DNA from: a virus
Taxonomy: Duplodnaviria > Caudoviricetes
DNA: 28,829 nt
Reading direction: 5' to 3' (one strand)
Virus record (IMG/VR): IMGVR_UViG_3300009678_000121
Span: 1 to 28,829 of that record
The notes under the pieces were generated by a model. It worked only from the letters and a program-made list of their open reading frames with translations, ran no database searches and was not told the DNA's origin. Shown here piece after piece: positions 1 through 9,400 of the stretch. Position numbers and translations under genes: made by a program. How positions within the stretch are numbered: the first letter of the stretch is position 1; each line of letters starts with the position of its first letter.

Positions 1-750
1 CCGCCTGGAGCCTCTGATCCTGCTTATTTTGATAAGCAGCTTAGTATTTTAGTTGGCGAAAATCCGCAGGTAAAAAAGCCCGCGAGTGTCAATTATTTCG
101 ATCAAAATACTGAAAACTCAATTGTCAAGTTCCAAAAGGAACCTGACATTGAAGAAAAGAAGAGAATCTTTGTAGCAGAGATTCAACCATCTTTCGCAAA
201 GCTAATAGAAAACATCATATTTGTATACAAGTTCCATACGCTCGGGGACTTGGAAATGTTAAAGAACGATTGTCTTTCGTTCCTTTTTGAAACACTTTAC
301 AAATTCGATGCGACAAAAGGTCACAAAGCCTTTTCGTACTTCAACGTCATCGCCAAGAACTGGTTCATTCAGAAAGTCAAGATATTTAAAAAGAAAAATA
401 AATCTGATGTACATTTTGATAATGTAATTCTAAATAAGCTTGAATCGGATAATAAATTGGTTCACAATCATGAGGAAGTTCTTCTGGATGTAGAGTTTCT
501 TATGCTTCTGAAAGACGAAGTAAAGAAGTGGCGAAGCAAGTTTGACAAAAAGCAGGAGAAGATGGTTCTTGAAGCCGTCATCCTTCTTCTGAACAATCCA
601 GACCTGATTTCTATCTATAATAAGAAGGGTATCTACTTATACATTAGGGAGATCACTGGACTCAATACGAAGCAAGTGGTCACAAACCTATCGAAGGTTA
701 AGAAGAAATACGACTTATTCAAGAAGAAATATCAAGATGGAGAAATTTAA
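1..750 (+). CDS. Phage sigma-factor-like protein (sigma70 region 2-like core plus C-terminal HTH), probable late transcription factor; 5'-truncated
   Basis: Frame 1 is open from base 1 (PPGASDPAYFDKQ...NYFDQNTENSIVKF...FAKLIENIIFVYKF), so the gene extends upstream of the 250 TTG start in the ORF track. 'DLEMLKNDCLSFLFETLYKFDATKGHKAFSYFNVIAKNWF' resembles sigma70 region 2.2-2.4 (kFDp.kG..F.tY). 'IYLYIREITGLNTKQVVTNLSKVKKKY' is HTH-like. Confidence 0.7.
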   Translation, partial: PPGASDPAYFDKQLSILVGENPQVKKPASVNYFDQNTENSIVKFQKEPDIEEKKRIFVAEIQPSFAKLIENIIFVYKFHTLGDLEMLKNDCLSFLFETLYKFDATKGHKAFSYFNVIAKNWFIQKVKIFKKKNKSDVHFDNVILNKLESDNKLVHNHEEVLLDVEFLMLLKDEVKKWRSKFDKKQEKMVLEAVILLLNNPDLISIYNKKGIYLYIREITGLNTKQVVTNLSKVKKKYDLFKKKYQDGEI

Positions 751-752
751 CA

Positions 753-1064
753 GTGTCTGATAAAAGCGATTTGATCGACGGCGATGTAATCGAAATCTAT
801 GATTTAGCGTGGTCACAGGCCCGCGAGGATCGAGAGATTGTGATGGATCTATACAAGGACTTGAGAGTTCTTGTTAGCGGCAGCGCTGAACGTTACGCTG
901 TTTGTGGTGATACTCTTGCTAAATATGCGGAGTTGCTTACAAAACAAACAGGTCAGGTCATCGAGCTTTTGAAAATTGTTCACAAGAATAAACAATCTGA
1001 CGAATCTTTGACAGAAGCTGAAATAGATAAGATCACGCAATCCATTTCTAATAAAGATGAGTAA
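753..1064 (+). CDS. Hypothetical helical phage protein
   Basis: 103-aa ORF with GTG start 2 nt after the upstream stop. Amphipathic helices and an acidic C-terminus (SDESLTEAEIDKI). Confidence 0.7.
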   Translation: MSDKSDLIDGDVIEIYDLAWSQAREDREIVMDLYKDLRVLVSGSAERYAVCGDTLAKYAELLTKQTGQVIELLKIVHKNKQSDESLTEAEIDKITQSISNKDE

Positions 1065-1353
1065 TTTAGAAACAACTGACCTTTTGGAACTTATTGATAG
1101 GTATAATTATCTCATCAAGACGTATGTTCCTTTGGCGGCAGAAATTGCTCCAAAACTTGAAAAGTTTGGCAAATATCGTCAGGAGTTACAGGTAATTTCT
1201 GCTGAATTTGTGAGACGCGGATACAAACCAGAAGAACCAGAAAGTCTCACACAAATGGTCGAAGTAGAGTTACAAAAGAGGAATCTTCCAACAGATGGCA
1301 TCACGCAGACCGATACGAACCAAGGAAATTCAGAATCCAGAAAGGATCCTTAA
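1057..1353 (+). CDS. Hypothetical protein
   Basis: 98-aa ORF whose ATG overlaps the upstream stop by 8 nt. Its last 59 nt overlap the spike gene and encode a polar, low-structure tail. Confidence 0.65.
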   Translation: MSNLETTDLLELIDRYNYLIKTYVPLAAEIAPKLEKFGKYRQELQVISAEFVRRGYKPEEPESLTQMVEVELQKRNLPTDGITQTDTNQGNSESRKDP

Positions 1354-2350
1354 TAACCTCTTAAAAGACTATGTTGATGGCAATCTGGACGACTATACGT
1401 TTTTGTATAGAGCGTCAGTTGTTAAAATAGATCAAGTAGGTGGTGTTTTAGATCCGACACCTCCAAATCCTAAAAATAGCATTCAAGCGCGCGTTATTAC
1501 GAATGCCAGAGATAAAGATTTGGAAGATGATGAACTTCCTGTCTTTTGGCCTCTCTTTCCTCATGATATAATGCCAGTTAAGCCAGGCGAACATGTCTAT
1601 GTTATTTTTGAAGACGCCGCAGAAAAGACCCACGGACTCTGGCTTTGTAGAATTCCAGAACCTTCCAGTGTAGACAATGCCAACATCGTTCCAGGCATTC
1701 AAAAATACCAAAACGATACTGCAAATGATTTTTCTTCTGTAGGCGCTGAACAAGCGGTACAAGATACAGATTCACCCCCAACAGCCGCTCCAGTTTCTTC
1801 TGAGTTTGTGTCGGAAACTGTTCCAAAATTTAGAGCAAGAGTGGGTGACAGAGTAATTGAAGGATCAAACAATACGATTATCATTCTAAGTCGCGACCGC
1901 CCTACAGACCCAGCATCAGGACTTCCAGGAGCCGCCGCAGGCACTATTGATATTGTCGCAGGCCGCGCAGCGCCCGACAATCTTGATATGGCTGGTGACA
2001 AGTCGCGTATCTATATCACAATGAAGAGTGATATTGATGCAAATTTGGGTACAGGAGCTATCGGTCCTGCTGGCGTTCAACCTTCCGCTGCGGTAGCTGC
2101 TATCGCTGTAAAGAGTGATGAAATCCGAGTTGTTGCTAGAACTGGAACAAGAATCATTGTCGAAGGCGGCGATCTTATTCTTGAGGGAGCAAACATCATT
2201 ATCGGTAATCAGGCCGTTGAGCCTGCCGTTTTAGGTACAGCACTCGAAACCTATTTAAAAACAGTGGTAGTAAATACCCCCGCTGGTCCTGGAACACTGA
2301 CTCCACCACCACCAACAATCTTAAGTCAAACAGTGAAGGTGAAGGCATAA
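1295..2350 (+). CDS. Baseplate central spike/hub protein (gp5/gpV-like OB-fold plus beta-strand repeats, no lysozyme domain)
   Basis: OB-fold signature 'FWPLFPHDIMPVKPGEHVYVIFED', then 'GDRVIEGSNNTIIIL', short beta-strand repeats (IAVKSDEIRVVA, IIVEGGDLILEGANIIIG) and an 'EPAVLG...TPAGPG' C-terminus. Lies directly upstream of gp25/gp6. Confidence 0.75.
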   Translation: MASRRPIRTKEIQNPERILNNLLKDYVDGNLDDYTFLYRASVVKIDQVGGVLDPTPPNPKNSIQARVITNARDKDLEDDELPVFWPLFPHDIMPVKPGEHVYVIFEDAAEKTHGLWLCRIPEPSSVDNANIVPGIQKYQNDTANDFSSVGAEQAVQDTDSPPTAAPVSSEFVSETVPKFRARVGDRVIEGSNNTIIILSRDRPTDPASGLPGAAAGTIDIVAGRAAPDNLDMAGDKSRIYITMKSDIDANLGTGAIGPAGVQPSAAVAAIAVKSDEIRVVARTGTRIIVEGGDLILEGANIIIGNQAVEPAVLGTALETYLKTVVVNTPAGPGTLTPPPPTILSQTVKVKA

Positions 2351-2796
2351 TGGCACTCGTTAAAGCGTCACTAAAATCAGCAATCACTGCCATTCAAAGT
2401 TCCAAGCCAACTTCTGTTGTCGCCGCTGCCACGCAATGGTCGAATGCTATTTTTGCTTATTCTTCTGCTGGAATGGCTGGAGTAACAGTTCCCACGCTAA
2501 ATGCTGCTGCCCTTAAGTCTTTGTTTTTGGCCTCCATGAATTCTAAAAAGTGGATGGAAAAGTTGGGTGCTGATTTGGTTACGTGGTGGACACCAGTTCC
2601 GTGGGCAGGCCCAGGATTTACTGGTGTTACGATAGTGGCCCCGCCTCTAAATTCAAAACCAATCGGAAATAGGATTCTGAATGGTGAAGACGCCGCGACA
2701 GTTTTATCTAATGAAATAGATATTTGGACAAAGACAGTTAAGGTGACTCTTACGAATACAAACTCTGGTGCAACATCAACAGCGCCAGTTATTTGA
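2350..2796 (+). CDS. Small virion protein with three internal helical repeats (candidate spike-associated protein)
   Basis: 148 aa, TAATG-coupled to the spike gene, A/T/G/P-rich, with three degenerate repeats (see findings). Confidence 0.65.
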   Translation: MALVKASLKSAITAIQSSKPTSVVAAATQWSNAIFAYSSAGMAGVTVPTLNAAALKSLFLASMNSKKWMEKLGADLVTWWTPVPWAGPGFTGVTIVAPPLNSKPIGNRILNGEDAATVLSNEIDIWTKTVKVTLTNTNSGATSTAPVI

Positions 2797-2804
2797 TTTT
2801 TTAC

Positions 2805-2810
2805 TAATTA
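2805..2810 (+). promoter_or_regulatory. Candidate late-promoter element TAATTA
   Basis: Lies in a rare 19-nt intergenic gap, 5 nt before ATG 2816, with no SD. Related hexamers occur at 18024 and 25360. Confidence 0.4.
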
Positions 2811-2815
2811 TTGAC

Positions 2816-3196
2816 ATGGCTGGATCTATTAATATTAGATTTCCTTTAAGGAAGTCTCCAAAAGGCGCGTTTGAGACGAATCAGTCTACTATACAAGCCG
2901 TCGCAGATGATTTGAGAATACTTATTCTTACCAATTACGGAGAAAGACCAATTCATTATGATTTTGGTGCGAATCTCAGGAGAATCATTTTTGAGCAAGG
3001 GCCTGATGTCAGACAGCAAATAAGTGACGCAATTGTAGCGGCAGTCGATAAATGGATGCCATTTGTGATTCTACAAGATGTTCAGGTTAACGATAGCTCA
3101 ACAAGCCCAACAGTAAGACCGAACGAAGTCAATGTAAAAATCACATTTTCTGTTGGTCAATTGGAAGGAGTGCTGGAGCAGAGGATTAGAGCATAA
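2816..3196 (+). CDS. gp25: Baseplate wedge protein, GPW/gp25 family
   Basis: 'AVADDLRILILTNYGERPIHYDFGANLRRIIFEQ...AVDKWMPFVILQDVQV' fits the gp25 T..GER....FG..L...lFE / wEPrv pattern. The start was moved from GTG 2768 to ATG 2816, which removes the overlap with the upstream gene. Confidence 0.9.
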   Translation: MAGSINIRFPLRKSPKGAFETNQSTIQAVADDLRILILTNYGERPIHYDFGANLRRIIFEQGPDVRQQISDAIVAAVDKWMPFVILQDVQVNDSSTSPTVRPNEVNVKITFSVGQLEGVLEQRIRA

Positions 3197-5040
3197 TGGC
3201 AACAACAACACAGAAAAAGCGAAATATCAAGTATTTGAATCGAGATTTTGAGTCTTATAAACGAGATCTCATTGATCACTTGAGGATCTATTTTCCTGAC
3301 ACCGTTCAGGATTTTAACGAATCTTCTGTTGGTATTATGTTTACGGAACTTGTCTCCTTTATTGGTGATAATATGTCTTTTTATTTGGATAAACGTGTAA
3401 ACGAATCTTTTCTTGAGACAGCGGTTGAAGCACGTAACATTTTGAAGCATGCAAAACAATTAGGTTTTAAGCCATTTGGAAAAACCGCCGCCGCAGGTGT
3501 AACTGACACATTTCTGAAGGTGCCTGCTAGAACAATAAATCAAAGAATTGTTCCAGACATGCGTTACGCTGGAACAATCAAGAAGGGAGCTAAATTGAAG
3601 TCCAAGAGCGGCAAAACATATGAAACTCTTGTTGATATTGATTTTAACACTGTTTGGAATGGTACAGGAAATCCTCCATCAAATCTTGTTGTTGTTGGTG
3701 ATCGCGATGGTCAAACTAAACAACCAACAACATTTGTGTTAAAGAAGACAGGAATTGATATTAAGGCGGGAGAAACAAAAGTAACCACATTTTCTGTAGG
3801 CGCTTATCAGTCATTCAAAAGACTCACTGTTTCGGAAGATGATGTTCTTGAAATCCTAAATGCTGTGGACAGCGAAGCGAACACTTGGTATGAAGTAGAA
3901 TATCTTGCGCAGGATACAGTTTTTGATGGTCTTGCGAATACTGGCAACGATGCTACAGATGTTCCGTTTCTTTTGAAGCTGCGCTCTGTTCCGTACAGAT
4001 TTATAAGTGAATTTAATATCGCAACAAATAGAACATCTTTAGTTTTTGGAACTGGCGACGCTCAATCTTTTGATGGTGATCTTATTCCAGATCTTGGTGA
4101 TCTTGCTCTTCCTCTGTTTGGTAGGGATACGTTTACAGATTTCTCTCTCGATCCTCAAAACTTTCTTAAGACAAGAACGCTCGGCCTCGCGCCAGTAAAT
4201 ACAACTATGACAGTTTCCTATAGAGTTGGCGGCGGCGATGATACGAATGTTGGTTCTGGTGAAATAAATACAGTTGCAGAAAGCACTTTTGATATTGGAG
4301 ATTCAACACTCAATGCCGCAACAATTAGAGATGTTGGAAATTCATTTTCAGTTGCAAATCCAGGTCCAATTCAGGGCGGGCGAGATCAACTCTCTATCGA
4401 AGAGATTAGACAGCTTATCCCAGCGGTCTTCGCCGCACAATCTAGGGTTGTGACTCCACAAGATTTCATTGCTCGTTCATTATCGATGCCTGCAAAATTT
4501 GGTTCTGTTTTTAGAGCCACCGCAAGATTGAATGCGTTAAATAAGAACTCTGTTGAATTAATTACACTTTCTAGAAATTCAGAGGGTCAAGTTACAATAG
4601 CCCCAGGCGATTTGAAAAACAATTTAAAAACATATATTTCTCGTTTTCGTATGATGACGGACGCCGTTGAAATTTTGGATGGAACAGTTATTAATATTGC
4701 TGTAAATTTTAATATTCTTGTGAATTCAGATTTTAATAAGACTGAAGTTGTAGCTAATTGTATTGATACATTGAAGGATTATTTCGAGATCACAAGTTGG
4801 CAATTAAACCAACCAATTAATTTAACAGATATTTATACTGCTCTTGCGGCAATCCCAGGAGTTTTATCTGTAATAGATGTGACAATTACCAATAAAGTAG
4901 GAAATTTTGATGGAAGAGTATATTCTAATACAACTTTTAATGTAAATTCCAATAAGAAAAATGGTATTATATATTGTAATAGTAACGCCATTTTTGAGAT
5001 TAAGTTCCCAAATAAAGACATTACTGGAGCTGCTAGATAA
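3196..5040 (+). CDS. gp6: Baseplate wedge subunit, T4 gp6 / Baseplate J-like
   Basis: N-terminal 'YLNRDFESYKRDLIDHLRIYFPDTVQDFNESSVGIMFTELVSFIGDNMSFYLDKRVNESFLETA...AKQLGFKP'. C-terminal J-like 'VSYRVGGGDDTNV', 'GGRDQLSIEEIR...AQSRVVTPQDF' and 'AIPGVLSV'. Follows gp25. Confidence 0.9.
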   Translation: MATTTQKKRNIKYLNRDFESYKRDLIDHLRIYFPDTVQDFNESSVGIMFTELVSFIGDNMSFYLDKRVNESFLETAVEARNILKHAKQLGFKPFGKTAAAGVTDTFLKVPARTINQRIVPDMRYAGTIKKGAKLKSKSGKTYETLVDIDFNTVWNGTGNPPSNLVVVGDRDGQTKQPTTFVLKKTGIDIKAGETKVTTFSVGAYQSFKRLTVSEDDVLEILNAVDSEANTWYEVEYLAQDTVFDGLANTGNDATDVPFLLKLRSVPYRFISEFNIATNRTSLVFGTGDAQSFDGDLIPDLGDLALPLFGRDTFTDFSLDPQNFLKTRTLGLAPVNTTMTVSYRVGGGDDTNVGSGEINTVAESTFDIGDSTLNAATIRDVGNSFSVANPGPIQGGRDQLSIEEIRQLIPAVFAAQSRVVTPQDFIARSLSMPAKFGSVFRATARLNALNKNSVELITLSRNSEGQVTIAPGDLKNNLKTYISRFRMMTDAVEILDGTVINIAVNFNILVNSDFNKTEVVANCIDTLKDYFEITSWQLNQPINLTDIYTALAAIPGVLSVIDVTITNKVGNFDGRVYSNTTFNVNSNKKNGIIYCNSNAIFEIKFPNKDITGAAR

Positions 5041-6422
5041 TGGGATTTTATAGAGTATATCCAATAAAAGATGCATGGATTACAAATAAATCCATTGATG
5101 GAACTGTTGCAAATCTAGCCACTGGCTCAAACCATGGTACATCTCCAGCACTCAATGTTTTTGCAGCGAAGGATGAAATACAGAGTGGCAGCGCCGAGCT
5201 TGGTCGTTCTCTTATTCAGTTTGATATGACGGAGCTTTCTGGAAAAATCTTTTTGGATAAGGTGATTCCATCATCTAGTGTTTCATATGTGATGAAAATG
5301 TTCGATATGAAACATGGAGATACTGTTCCTACAAGCTACGATCTTTTTGCATTTCCTCTTTCTAGAAGTTGGGACGAAGGAACTGGCATTGATGACGATG
5401 ATTTTGAAGATGGTGGATACGCTAATTGGATGAGCGCTAGTTCTATAGCGTCTTGGGTTGTTACAGGTTCAGATTTTCTTTCTTCTGGTTACGGAAGTGC
5501 TTCTCAGCATTTCGATGCTGGACAAGAAGATTTGGAAATGAATGTCACCAGCATGGTAAATGCTTGGTTAACTGGTGGTTTGTCATCAAATGGTGTTGTT
5601 TTGAAGCTCGGAACCACAGAAGAATCGAATGGAGTTGATTATTACGTCAAGCGTTTGCACGGAAGAGAGAGCAAAATTGTAGACAAAATTCCATACATCG
5701 AAGCAAGATGGAGCGACGTTCTTAAGGATAATAGAGGAAATTTTGGTTTTAACGTTGAAAATAAGCTCGTAATGTATAATTTTATTCGTGGTGAGCTTAC
5801 AATAGTACAAGAACCAGTTACAGTGCGCATTCAGGATCACCTAATTGGTGTTTCTGCGAGCTTTAGTCAGACATTTCAAGCATTTCAGATTGCCAGTGGA
5901 GTTTTGACATCATCGATATTTATTTCAAATACGGCAAGTTTTTCTGCTTCATTTTATGATATTTGGTTCTCGGGCTCAAGGGTATACCTAACAGGTGCAT
6001 TCAAGCCACTTGCACTAACAGCTTCAGCAGCGGACCAATATGACGAGTTCACACTTGCGGTGACAAATCTAAAGAGAGTTTATGACGTTGGTGAGGAAGC
6101 AAGATTAAAAGTCAACGTAAGAAAGAGAGATTATAAAACACACAGAGGAACCGTTGCTACCGCTTCTTTGAATACGGAAAGAGAATATATTGAAAAAATG
6201 TATTATAGTGTTGTGAATGACGAAACAGGCGAAGTGGTTGTTCCATTTGGAACTGGCACAGTACCGTATACTCAACTTTCCTATGATGGAAATGGGAATT
6301 ATTTCAATATTTGGATGAGGAATTTTGTTCCAGGGTTCAAATATAGATTGAAGTTTCTTATTGACATCAATCAGAATGACAAAAAAGTTGTCGAAGAAGA
6401 TTTCACGTTTAAGGTTGTCTAA
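5040..6422 (+). CDS. Baseplate-associated virion protein with N-terminal DNRLRE/CBM96-like domain and C-terminal Ig-like beta domain
   Basis: 'YPIKDAWI...SNHG...GRSLIQFDM...FPLSRSWDEGTG...NW...LEMNVTSMVNAWLTG...NGVVLK...HGRES...PYIEARW' follows the DNRLRE-type jelly-roll pattern. Confidence 0.65.
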   Translation: MGFYRVYPIKDAWITNKSIDGTVANLATGSNHGTSPALNVFAAKDEIQSGSAELGRSLIQFDMTELSGKIFLDKVIPSSSVSYVMKMFDMKHGDTVPTSYDLFAFPLSRSWDEGTGIDDDDFEDGGYANWMSASSIASWVVTGSDFLSSGYGSASQHFDAGQEDLEMNVTSMVNAWLTGGLSSNGVVLKLGTTEESNGVDYYVKRLHGRESKIVDKIPYIEARWSDVLKDNRGNFGFNVENKLVMYNFIRGELTIVQEPVTVRIQDHLIGVSASFSQTFQAFQIASGVLTSSIFISNTASFSASFYDIWFSGSRVYLTGAFKPLALTASAADQYDEFTLAVTNLKRVYDVGEEARLKVNVRKRDYKTHRGTVATASLNTEREYIEKMYYSVVNDETGEVVVPFGTGTVPYTQLSYDGNGNYFNIWMRNFVPGFKYRLKFLIDINQNDKKVVEEDFTFKVV

Positions 6423-9400
6423 TGGCAGATAAGAAAGTAAACTTCCAACTCACTTTTCCAGAGAATCTAAAGAAGGATATAGTTTTATCTTCTACGCCGA
6501 ATCTTGCCTTCGATGACCTCGGCGACTTTATTGAAGAACGCGAAAGGATTAGAAGGCTTCTTGAAAGTGCGAACGAAGCCACTTTGAAGGTGGATTATTC
6601 TGATTTTGCAAATCATGTGTTTTTTGATTCTGCCGTATCAAAATACCAGATTGCACAGGCAAGAATCCTTACAAAATATCCATACAACGGAAATACAGAA
6701 GAGAAAGACGCTTTCTTTTTGACAAGTTCTGGATACGAAAATAACATTTATGATCAGTGGCCTCGTCATGTAGGATATTTGAGGTTTAGCGGCAGCACAA
6801 ATACATTTTTCAGTGCTTCCGACTATGATAAGAAACTTGTTTTCGGAACATCATCATTGATGCTTTCTGCTGACGTAAGGAAGGAGCCAGATGCAGGTAG
6901 TGAGGGCAATAATATCATCGCTATTCAAAGTGGTTCTACTGCTTCTAATGCTCTCGGCCACATTAGAATGTTCTTTTCTGGCGGTGGCGCTGGACCAATT
7001 TCTTTGATTTCTCAAGTGTCTTCTGGAAGCACTTTAGGGCAAACAGTTGTAAGTTATGATGCATATGCATATTCTGGAAGTTGGCACAATATTGCAGCAG
7101 TTTACGACAGAAGTGTGAACATTCTTAGCACATATATTGACGGCAACAGAGTGATTTCTTCATCCATTATTATTGGTCCAATAGAACAAAACACAGTTTT
7201 TGTTATTGGTGGTGGTGGTACTGGATACGCTTCTTTGAGCGGCGCTATCGACAATGTAAGACTGTATTTTACAGCTAGCGAATTATTGTTGCAAAAGCAT
7301 ATCAACAAACCAATCGATTCAGAAGATTATCTTGTTTTGAATTACAAATTCAACGAAGGAGTGGTAGGAACTAGCTCTGTAGATCTCAATGTTGTAGATT
7401 ATTCAAAGTCTGCGTTGCATGCCTTGATCGCGCAATATAGTCCCGAAGTGAGAGTTTCTGGTTCTTCTAGAATGAACGACCCAGGCGATCCTATTCTTTA
7501 TAGTTTCCACTCTGGAGTGCTTGCTTTCAGCGGAACCAACGTCCTTTCTGCGTCTGATTATGACCGAGAGAATAACAATCAAATTTTCAATATGATTCCA
7601 GAATATATCTTGCAAGCCGACGAAAATCAAGAAGGATTGATGATATCTCTTTCTCTTGCCCTTGCAAGATTTTTTGATGAATTAAAGCTCTATATCGATC
7701 AGTTCGACAATTTGAGAGTTACAAATTACGACGACATTGATGAGACTCCAGACATCTTCTTGCCATTTTTGACAAGATATTTCGGATGGAAAGTTACAGA
7801 ACATTTCGGTGATACAAATCCTCTTTCTTTCTTTTTTGGTGAGGGTGTGCAGTCCTCTGGAAGTCTTGAGGTTCCACTTCTTGAAATCAGAAATCAGTTC
7901 TGGAGACGAACTCTCAACAACCTTCCTTATCTTTTGAAAACAAAGGGCAAGAGATACAATATTGATGCATTTTTCAACGTCTTGGGCGTCAACAAGGAAA
8001 ACATAAACCTCAAAGAATATGGTTATCTTCCTGGCGGGTCCATTTCTGATACGAGAATTCACAAGGAAAAGGTAGCTTCATTCCTTGGAATTGGAACAGG
8101 AAGTTTAAGTTCCAGTTTTGTCAAGGTTCCGTCTCTAATTTCTGGAGCAAACAACTCATATACAGTCGAAGCATTTTTACAACTTCCATATCAAAGTGCA
8201 AGCTATAGCGCAAGTCTTAGTGTTCTTACTGGAAGTGTTTGGCAGCTCGTCGATCCAAATCAGGTTACAGGTTCTATAGCCCTTTTGTGGAATGTTCCAC
8301 ATCTCGGTTCAACAGAAGGAAAGTTTATCCTTACTGGCTCTACCGCCGCAGGCGCAAGCCAAGTATTTTCTAGCAGTCTCGTTGAAGTGTTTGATGGTGA
8401 TTTTGTTTATATCGCCGCAGGATTGAAAGCAAATCAGATTCCGTTCATTGAGATTAGAACCCTTGACAACGACTCTCTTGATTTTACTGGATCATTTACT
8501 GGAAGCGTAGCTCTTTCTGGTGTTTTTACAGGAAGCAATTACGATTTTATTATGGGTGCAACTTCTGGAACATTTTTCCAAAAGCAAACACAAGGATATT
8601 TTGGAGAATTCAGATACTGGAATAGACCTCTTTCCTCTTCTGAGTTTACCGACCATGCTTTCAATTTCCAAAGCGTTGGTCTAAATAACCCAGCCGAAGC
8701 ACCAAACCCATTACGCGGCCACTGGCCTCTAGGAGAAAATAAATTAACTGATGCCGCTGGCAACCTCAATAGTATTTTAGATTTGTCTAGGAACAATCGT
8801 ATCGCGACTGGAACACTATTTCCTGCGTCATATAACCCCTACAAGAAGTTCCTTATCGAATATAACCATCTTAGTCCATCCATTGATTTGAAGTGGACAG
8901 AGAATAAGGTTCGTATCAGAAACAAAACAGAGCTGAAGATTGGTGATGTCGCGAATGACACAAACGAAGTTTCTCTTGAGTTTAATCTTATAGATTCGCT
9001 CAACAAGGACATTACAAAGATTTTCTCTACATTTGATCTTTTTAATAACGCAATTGGTAGTCCAGTAAATAAATATCGCGATGAATATGCCGACCTTGAA
9101 GCGTACAGAAGAGTGTATTTCGACCGACTTGGAGACAGTATCCACTTCAATCAATTTTTTGGATTGTTTAAGTGGTTTGATAAGAAGATTAGTGACGCGA
9201 TCAAACAGCTTCTTCCTACGAGAGTAAAGTTTATCGGCGGTGAGCAAGTAGTCGAAAGTCACTTTCTCGAACGTCCACGTTATCAGTACAAATATCCAAT
9301 TTTTAGAACTCCAGTCGATATTCCAAATGCTGAATTAAGTGGAGCCGCTAGAGTGGATGGTAAATCGCATGTTGTTTTGCCAAATTCTCCACCAGCAAAC

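Noticed and set aside
2768-2815. Longer starts in the ORF track (2768 GTG, also 16635 TTG and 18010 GTG)
   Set aside because: Downstream ATGs (2816, 16644, 18034) fit family or paralog N-termini and the junction pattern better.
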